64,000 bases of DNA from positions 800,001 to 864,000 of the forward strand of contig JAKFCY010000002.1 of assembly GCA_036676395.1 (NCBI GenBank), given 5' to 3'. How positions within the stretch are numbered: position 1 is the stretch's first letter; each line of letters opens with the position of its first letter. Positions 57,725 through 64,000 of the stretch are shown here, piece by piece. This DNA comes from Bdellovibrio sp. GTDB taxonomy: Bacteria > Bdellovibrionota > Bdellovibrionia > Bdellovibrionales > Bdellovibrionaceae. Both the position numbers and the translations under genes were made by a program. The notes beneath the pieces are model-generated. The model ran no database searches and was not told where the DNA came from. It was given only the letters and a program-made list of their open reading frames with translations.

Positions 57725-59416
57725 ATGCATATTAATGATTATCTTCAATTTATTATTTTTATTGTTCTTCTAATCGCCATTACACCACTACTTGGTCGTT
57801 ATATGGCCAAAGTTTTTACCGGCGAAAAAACTTTTATGCATAAAGCTTTGGGTTGGTTAGAAAACTTAACCTATAAGGCTTCAGGCATTCATCCCACTGA
57901 AGACATGAGCTGGAAAAGTTATGCCGCAGCTTTTATGATATTTCATATTTTAGCCATCATTGTTTTGATGCTTATTCAGATGAACCAAGCTTGGCTTCCG
58001 CTTAACCCGCAAAATCTACCTAACGTGGTTTGGCATTCAGCCTTAAATACTGCTGTAAGCTTTGTGACTAATACAAACTGGCAAGGTTATTCAGGTGAAG
58101 TGACTATGAGTAGCTTCACGCAAATGGTTGGCCTTACAGTACAAAACTTTTTAAGTGCAGCCTGTGGTATCGCCATCGCGGTGGTGTTGACTCGCGGAAT
58201 CGCGCGAAAAAATGCAAAAGCAATCGGAAATTTCTGGGTCGATACAACACGCGCAACAATCTATGTGTTATTGCCGATTTGTGTGGTGTTTACTTTATTT
58301 TTGGTTGGCCAAGGTGTGGTGCAAACGTTTGCTCCGTATGTTGAAGCCGTTACCCTTGAGGGCGTAAAACAACTAATTCCATTAGGACCAGCGGCCTCAC
58401 AAGTGGCGATTAAAATGCTTGGCACAAATGGTGGCGGATTTTTTAACGCCAATGCATCTCATCCATTTGAAAATCCCACTGCATTATCAAATTTTTTTCA
58501 AATGCTTTCGATTTTTTCAATCGGTGCAGCGCTAACTTATATGTACGGTTCAGTGACCGGAGCACGTAAACATGGCTGGGTGATTTTTGGTACCATGTTA
58601 ACTTTATTTATTACATTCACCAGTATTTCGTTAGCTTCTGAATTCACTGCAAACCCTGTGTTTAACCAATCAGGAATTATGGAAGGTAAAGAAGCCCGCT
58701 TTGGTGTTTTTAACAGTGTGTTTTTTTCTTCTGTGACAACATCAGCATCTTGTGGCGCTGTAAACGCGATGCACTCGTCGTTATCTCCGTTATCAGGCGG
58801 TGTCGCGATGGTGAACATGATGTTAGGAGAAATTATTTTCGGTGGTGTCGGTGCAGGTTTTTACGGCATGATGCTTTTTGTGCTGATGACTGTGTTTATC
58901 GCAGGCCTGATGGTCGGACGCACGCCAGAGTATTTAGGTAAAAAAATCGAAGCTAAAGAAATGACGATGGTGATCTTAGCTATTCTTGCACCTTGTGCGG
59001 CAGTTTTAATTGGAACAGGAATTTCTGCAATTTCTCCTGTGGGATTATCAAGTTTAGCTAACAAGGGCCCGCATGGTTTATCAGAAATGCTTTACGCCTA
59101 CACTTCAGCAGCTGCTAACAATGGCAGTGCGTTTGCGGGATTAAATGCGAACACGTTATTTTATAATCTAATGTTGGCGGTCGCGATGTTTGTCGGACGC
59201 TTTGCGATTATTATTCCGATTTTGGCTATAGCCGGAAGTCTAGTGCAGAAAAAATATTCGCCACCTTCAACAGGAACTTTTGAAACTGGCACGACATTGT
59301 TTGCGTTGTTACTGATCGGTGTCATTTTAATTGTAGGTGCATTAACATTTTTACCAGCCCTTTCGCTTGGACCAATTGTCGAACACTTAATGATGATTAA
59401 AGGCCAAACTTTTTAA
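57725..59416 (+). CDS. kdpA: K+-transporting ATPase subunit A
   Basis: [33 protein letters not shown]. Confidence 0.96.
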   Translation: MHINDYLQFIIFIVLLIAITPLLGRYMAKVFTGEKTFMHKALGWLENLTYKASGIHPTEDMSWKSYAAAFMIFHILAIIVLMLIQMNQAWLPLNPQNLPNVVWHSALNTAVSFVTNTNWQGYSGEVTMSSFTQMVGLTVQNFLSAACGIAIAVVLTRGIARKNAKAIGNFWVDTTRATIYVLLPICVVFTLFLVGQGVVQTFAPYVEAVTLEGVKQLIPLGPAASQVAIKMLGTNGGGFFNANASHPFENPTALSNFFQMLSIFSIGAALTYMYGSVTGARKHGWVIFGTMLTLFITFTSISLASEFTANPVFNQSGIMEGKEARFGVFNSVFFSSVTTSASCGAVNAMHSSLSPLSGGVAMVNMMLGEIIFGGVGAGFYGMMLFVLMTVFIAGLMVGRTPEYLGKKIEAKEMTMVILAILAPCAAVLIGTGISAISPVGLSSLANKGPHGLSEMLYAYTSAAANNGSAFAGLNANTLFYNLMLAVAMFVGRFAIIIPILAIAGSLVQKKYSPPSTGTFETGTTLFALLLIGVILIVGALTFLPALSLGPIVEHLMMIKGQTF

Positions 59417-59427
59417 AGGAAGATGAT

Positions 59428-61491
59428 ATGTTTGAAAAAAAATTAATTGGCCCAGCTATAAAAGAATCATTTTTAAAGCTTGATCCGCGTGTGCAAATGA
59501 AAAATCCAGTGATGTTTGTCACCCTAATAGGGGCGGTCATCACAACTTGTTATGTGATCTTTGGCATAGGCTATGGTTCAAAGATTTTTGAATTTCAAAT
59601 CTCTTTGTGGTTATGGTTTACTGTGCTATTTGCAAACTTTGCTGAAGCCGTGGCCGAAGGCCGAGGTAAAGCGCAGGCTGAAAGTTTGAAAAAAACCAGA
59701 ACGCAAACGGTGGCGCGATTATTAACCGGAAAAGCAGAATCTAAAATCAGTGCTGCTGAGCTTAGAAAAGGATATCTCGTCATCTGTGAAACAGGTGATA
59801 TTATTCCAGGTGACGGCGAAGTCGTTGAAGGCATCGCGAGCGTAGATGAATCAGCTATTACTGGTGAATCAGCTCCTGTGATTCGTGAGTCGGGTGGTGA
59901 TCGCAGCGCGGTTACGGGTGGAACACGTGTGATTAGTGACCGCATCGTGATTCGTATTACGGCAGAACCAGGAAATAGTTTTTTAGATAGAATGATTGCG
60001 TTAGTTGAAGGAGCGAAACGTCAAAAAACTCCGAACGAAATTGCTTTGAGTATTGTGTTAGCCGGGATGACAATTATTTTTGTCTTAGCGGTTATGACTT
60101 TAAAACCATTTGCAGATTATAGTGCAAATGCCGCAGGCCAAGATTTAGCGATGATTGTAACTGTACCAGTGTTAATTGCGTTACTAGTGTGTTTAATTCC
60201 GACAACGATTGGTGGTTTGTTAAGTGCCATCGGTATCAGCGGGATGGATAGATTAATTCGCCGTAACGTAATTGCAACAAGTGGGCGCGCCGTCGAAGCA
60301 GCGGGTGATATTGATGTGTTGTTATTAGATAAAACCGGAACAATCACTTTGGGTAATCGTATGGCCACAGCATTTTGGCCAGTCAAAGGTGTAACGCCTG
60401 AAGCACTTGCGCAGGCTGCGCAGTTGGCTTCACTTGCTGATGAAACTCCTGAAGGCCGATCGATTGTTGTACTAGCTAAAGAAAAATTTTCGATGCGTGC
60501 TGAAACTGTACAGCCGCATCAAGCGCAGTTTGTTGCGTTCTCGGCAAACACGCGCATGAGCGGAATTGATTTTGAAAGTTCAACGGGTAAAAAAAGTATC
60601 CGTAAAGGTGCAGGTGATTCGATAAAAGACTATGTTAAAAATAAAGGCGGCCTGATTCCTAAAGAATTAGACGGCATCATTGATGATATTGCTAAAAAAG
60701 GTGGAACACCTTTGGCTGTTGTCGACGGCAAAGAAATTTTAGGCGTCGTGCAATTAAAAGATGTCGTTAAGGGTGGTATCAGTGAACGTTTCGCTGAACT
60801 TAGAAAAATGGGCATTCGCACTGTGATGGTGACGGGAGATAATCCACTCACAGCAGCGGCGATTGCTGCTGAAGCCGGGGTTGATGATTTTATGGCACAA
60901 GCTACACCTGAAACAAAATTAAAACGTATTCGTGAAGAGCAAGCAAAAGGGCATTTAGTCGCAATGACTGGTGATGGAACAAATGATGCTCCAGCCTTAG
61001 CACAAGCCGATGTAGGGGTAGCGATGAATACCGGAACTCAAGCGGCTCGCGAAGCGGGAAATATGGTTGATTTAGACAGTAATCCAACCAAGCTGATTGA
61101 AATTGTTGAAATTGGTAAACAGCTCTTAATGACTCGTGGGTCGCTGACTACTTTTAGTATTGCCAATGACGTTGCAAAGTACTTTGCTATTTTACCAGCA
61201 CTATTTAGCACGCTTTATCTTATTCAAGGCACGAAAGAAGGTCCACTGGCTGTGCTAAATATTATGGGCTTGGTCTCGCCGCAAAGTGCGATTTTAAGTG
61301 CGGTGATATTTAATGCCTTAGTGATTGTGGCGTTAATTCCGTTAGCTTTAAAAGGTGTGCCTTACCGAGCTGAAGGATCATCAGCCGTGCTAAAACGTAA
61401 TTTACTAATTTACGGTTTGGGGGGAGTCATCGTGCCATTTATTGGAATTAAAGTGATCGATGTTCTGATCACATCTCTGGGTTTAATTTAA
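59428..61491 (+). CDS. kdpB: K+-transporting ATPase subunit B
   Basis: TGES, DKTGT, TGDN, GDGTND. Confidence 0.97.
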   Translation: MFEKKLIGPAIKESFLKLDPRVQMKNPVMFVTLIGAVITTCYVIFGIGYGSKIFEFQISLWLWFTVLFANFAEAVAEGRGKAQAESLKKTRTQTVARLLTGKAESKISAAELRKGYLVICETGDIIPGDGEVVEGIASVDESAITGESAPVIRESGGDRSAVTGGTRVISDRIVIRITAEPGNSFLDRMIALVEGAKRQKTPNEIALSIVLAGMTIIFVLAVMTLKPFADYSANAAGQDLAMIVTVPVLIALLVCLIPTTIGGLLSAIGISGMDRLIRRNVIATSGRAVEAAGDIDVLLLDKTGTITLGNRMATAFWPVKGVTPEALAQAAQLASLADETPEGRSIVVLAKEKFSMRAETVQPHQAQFVAFSANTRMSGIDFESSTGKKSIRKGAGDSIKDYVKNKGGLIPKELDGIIDDIAKKGGTPLAVVDGKEILGVVQLKDVVKGGISERFAELRKMGIRTVMVTGDNPLTAAAIAAEAGVDDFMAQATPETKLKRIREEQAKGHLVAMTGDGTNDAPALAQADVGVAMNTGTQAAREAGNMVDLDSNPTKLIEIVEIGKQLLMTRGSLTTFSIANDVAKYFAILPALFSTLYLIQGTKEGPLAVLNIMGLVSPQSAILSAVIFNALVIVALIPLALKGVPYRAEGSSAVLKRNLLIYGLGGVIVPFIGIKVIDVLITSLGLI

Positions 61492-61508
61492 AAGATAAAG
61501 GATTTTTT

Positions 61509-62072
61509 ATGAAATACTTAATACCGGCCTTGCGATTTAAAATTTTTATGACAGTGCTTTTAGGATTAATTTATCCCTTTACCATGACTGGAATTTCACA
61601 AATGATTTTTCCAACACAAGCTAACGGTAATTTTATCAGCCGTGATGGCCAAATTATAGGATCAAAATTGATCGGGCAGAATTTTGAAAAGCCTGAATAC
61701 TTTTGGCCACGTCCATCGGCGATTAGTTATAATCCCCAACCTTCTGGGGGATCAAATCTAGGCCAGGCAAATAGCGCGTTAAAACAAACGGTCGACGAAC
61801 GCCGCGCAAAATTAAAAGCTGCCCATGCTGAGCAAACCAAAGAGCCACCACAGGATTTACTATTTGCTTCGGCTAGCGGACTTGATCCGCACATTAGCTT
61901 TGAAGCTGCGATTTACCAGCTACAACGCGTGGCTGAAGCGCGCGCTTTAGATCCAGTGCAAGTGCAAAAAATGATTGATGACGTGACTGAAAGCCGCCAA
62001 TTCGGTATTCTTGGCGAGAAAACTGTGAATGTGTTGAAGTTAAATTTGGCTTTGGATAAAGCCAAGGAGTAA
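61509..62072 (+). CDS. kdpC: K+-transporting ATPase subunit C
   Basis: GSKLIGQ, YFWPRPSA, SASGLDPHIS. Confidence 0.96.
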   Translation: MKYLIPALRFKIFMTVLLGLIYPFTMTGISQMIFPTQANGNFISRDGQIIGSKLIGQNFEKPEYFWPRPSAISYNPQPSGGSNLGQANSALKQTVDERRAKLKAAHAEQTKEPPQDLLFASASGLDPHISFEAAIYQLQRVAEARALDPVQVQKMIDDVTESRQFGILGEKTVNVLKLNLALDKAKE

Positions 62073-62076
62073 TTTT

Positions 62077-64000
62077 TTGAAATACGATCAGCGTCCAGAT
62101 CCAGATGCACTTTTGAGTGCCGTCGATGAATTAGAAAAAAGACGTCACGAGGGGCGATTGCGTATTTTTTTAGGAATGTCTGCGGGAGTAGGTAAGACTT
62201 ATGCCATGCTTCGCGCAGCTCATCAAAGACTGCGCGAAGGTATTGATGTTGTCGTCGGTATTGTCGAAACGCACGGTCGTTCAGAAACCTTAGAATTAAC
62301 CGAAGGACTGCCTCATATTTCCCGCAAAAAAATTCATTATCGCGGAGCCGATCTTGAAGAGTTAGATATTGATGAAATTTTACGTCGTAAGCCAGAACTT
62401 GTGATCGTCGATGAATTAGCCCACACAAATGCGCCTGGATCACGCCATGCTAAAAGATACCAAGACGTTATAGAAATATTAGAAGCTGGTATTGATGTGT
62501 ATACAGCTTTTAATGTGCAGCACTTAGAAAGCCGTAAAGACGCTGTTGAAGCGATTACCGGAATTCCCATTCGCGAAACTGTACCAGATAGCATTTTAGA
62601 AAAAGCCACATTAGTTGAATTAGTTGATATTGCTCCTTCTGAATTATTAAAACGCCTTAAAGAAGGTAAAGTTTATTTGGGTGACAAGGCTGAGAGAGCC
62701 ACACAAAATTTTTTCAAAGAAGATAAATTAACGGCCTTACGTGAAATTGCTCTGCGGATGACAGCTGAGCGTGTTGATCAAGATTTGCAAAAATTTGTCA
62801 GCATCAGAGCTGAAGGTAATCCTTGGCAAACGAATGAGCGCTTATTAGTGGCGATCAGTCACAGCCCGTATTCAGAAAAGCTGATTCGCGCAACTCGCAG
62901 GTTAGCTTATAATTTAGAAGCTCCATGGATTGCACTTCATGTCGATACCGGAATTACCTTAAATGACAACGATCAGGCACAACTTGTAAAAAACTTAAAC
63001 TTAGCCCGTGAATTAAAAGCAGAAGTTATCACGACAACAGAAGTTGATGTGCCCTCGGCAGTCAGCCGTGTGTGTCGGCAAAAAAATGTGACTCAAGTTG
63101 TTGTCGGAAGGCCTACGCGACGATGGTTTCGTGACCTGATAGAAAAAGGAAATCTTTTAGAAGGTTTAATTCGCGAAAGTTTAGAAGTTGATGTGCATGT
63201 GATTCGTCAAGAGGGCGAGTCTACGGCTAGGCCGAGTCTGCTTGATGAAGTATCGTATTATCGTTCTAAAACTGGTCCGGTGAAATACTGGTACACATTG
63301 TGGTTTGTCGTTGCGGTAAGCTTACTAGGTCTTCTGATGGAAGGTTTTATCGGCTACCGAGCCGTCGGATTCTTTTTTCTGTTGGCCGTGGTTATTGTAA
63401 GTATGTTTGGTTCTATTGGTGCCGTAGTTTTGGCCGCCTCGCTGAGTACAGTGATTTGGAATTACTTTTATATTCCGCCAAAATTTACTTTTTTTATCAG
63501 TAACACAGAAGATATCTTGATGTGTTTTGCTTTTTTTATTGTGGCCTTGATTACGGGATTTTTAACCAACCGCACACGCTATCATGAACGCGTCATTCGC
63601 GAACGTGAAGAGCGCACAAATGTGCTGTATGAAATTTTACAGGATATTTCGGCCGCTTCAGAAAAATCAGAATTCTTAAATAAAACTACAGCTCGGGTCG
63701 GAAAACTTTTGGATGCAGAATGTGGTGTGATTCTGAAGTCTGTCAGTGGTATTCTGGAGTTCGACGAGACAAAACCATATTATCTAGAACTAAGCCCCAA
63801 AGACTGCGCCGTTGCCCAGTGGTGCTTTGAGCATGATAAAGCGGCAGGCTGGTCAACAGAAACACTTTCGCAGGCTGAAGCTTTATTTCTGCCTTTAAAA
63901 GGTGATTCTGAAATTGTCGGTGTTTTTGTATTTAAGCCAGTTCGCAAAGTAAGAAAATTAGATTTAGAAAAAGAAACTTTATTAATCTCAGTCGTGCGTC
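62077..64000 (+). CDS. kdpD: Sensor histidine kinase KdpD (partial, runs off the window)
   Basis: AGGAG SD plus TTG; MKYDQRPDPDALL, GMSAGVGKTYAML, VDELAHTN, Usp-like, TM and GAF regions. Confidence 0.93.
   Translation, partial: MKYDQRPDPDALLSAVDELEKRRHEGRLRIFLGMSAGVGKTYAMLRAAHQRLREGIDVVVGIVETHGRSETLELTEGLPHISRKKIHYRGADLEELDIDEILRRKPELVIVDELAHTNAPGSRHAKRYQDVIEILEAGIDVYTAFNVQHLESRKDAVEAITGIPIRETVPDSILEKATLVELVDIAPSELLKRLKEGKVYLGDKAERATQNFFKEDKLTALREIALRMTAERVDQDLQKFVSIRAEGNPWQTNERLLVAISHSPYSEKLIRATRRLAYNLEAPWIALHVDTGITLNDNDQAQLVKNLNLARELKAEVITTTEVDVPSAVSRVCRQKNVTQVVVGRPTRRWFRDLIEKGNLLEGLIRESLEVDVHVIRQEGESTARPSLLDEVSYYRSKTGPVKYWYTLWFVVAVSLLGLLMEGFIGYRAVGFFFLLAVVIVSMFGSIGAVVLAASLSTVIWNYFYIPPKFTFFISNTEDILMCFAFFIVALITGFLTNRTRYHERVIREREERTNVLYEILQDISAASEKSEFLNKTTARVGKLLDAECGVILKSVSGILEFDETKPYYLELSPKDCAVAQWCFEHDKAAGWSTETLSQAEALFLPLKGDSEIVGVFVFKPVRKVRKLDLEKETLLISVVR

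Noticed and set aside
61913..62609. Minus-strand ORFs over kdpC/kdpD
   Set aside because: Antisense shadows of the clear kdpD frame, which the ORF track omits because it has no stop in the window

Overview
Chromosomal window from an AT-rich bacterium. The gene content suggests Bdellovibrionota (TIGR02147-type protein, many orphan secreted proteins, GS III, class II RNR); this assignment is an inference. Core blocks are zapA-ygfA-rny-tyrS-ferredoxin, a DEAD-box helicase, iscA, nrdJ, GS III, cinA, an acyl-CoA dehydrogenase, trmH, lemA with two TPM genes, azlCD, ogt, mscL and kdpFABC plus a partial kdpD. Two tRNAs, Arg(UCG) and Gly(GCC), are each followed by accessory DNA. The main finding is an integrase-less single-gene cassette just downstream of tRNA-Gly. 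It is bounded by perfect 54-bp direct repeats that contain a terminator hairpin, and encodes a ~831-aa protein with restriction-endonuclease-like and PIN-like regions (candidate anti-phage module). Other observations: an RNase Y with degenerate HD motifs and no 6S RNA at its usual site; a recurring sigma54-like promoter and a 17-bp pseudo-palindrome in front of secreted-protein genes; a dispersed REP-like inverted repeat; a shortened yybP-ykoY-like Mn riboswitch candidate; a His-less pseudo-sensor paired with a receiver protein; a pseudouridine synthase-methyltransferase fusion; and a cluster of four secreted enzymes. No CRISPR array, rRNA, transposase or integrase was seen. Product calls come from motif recognition by eye, not database searches.
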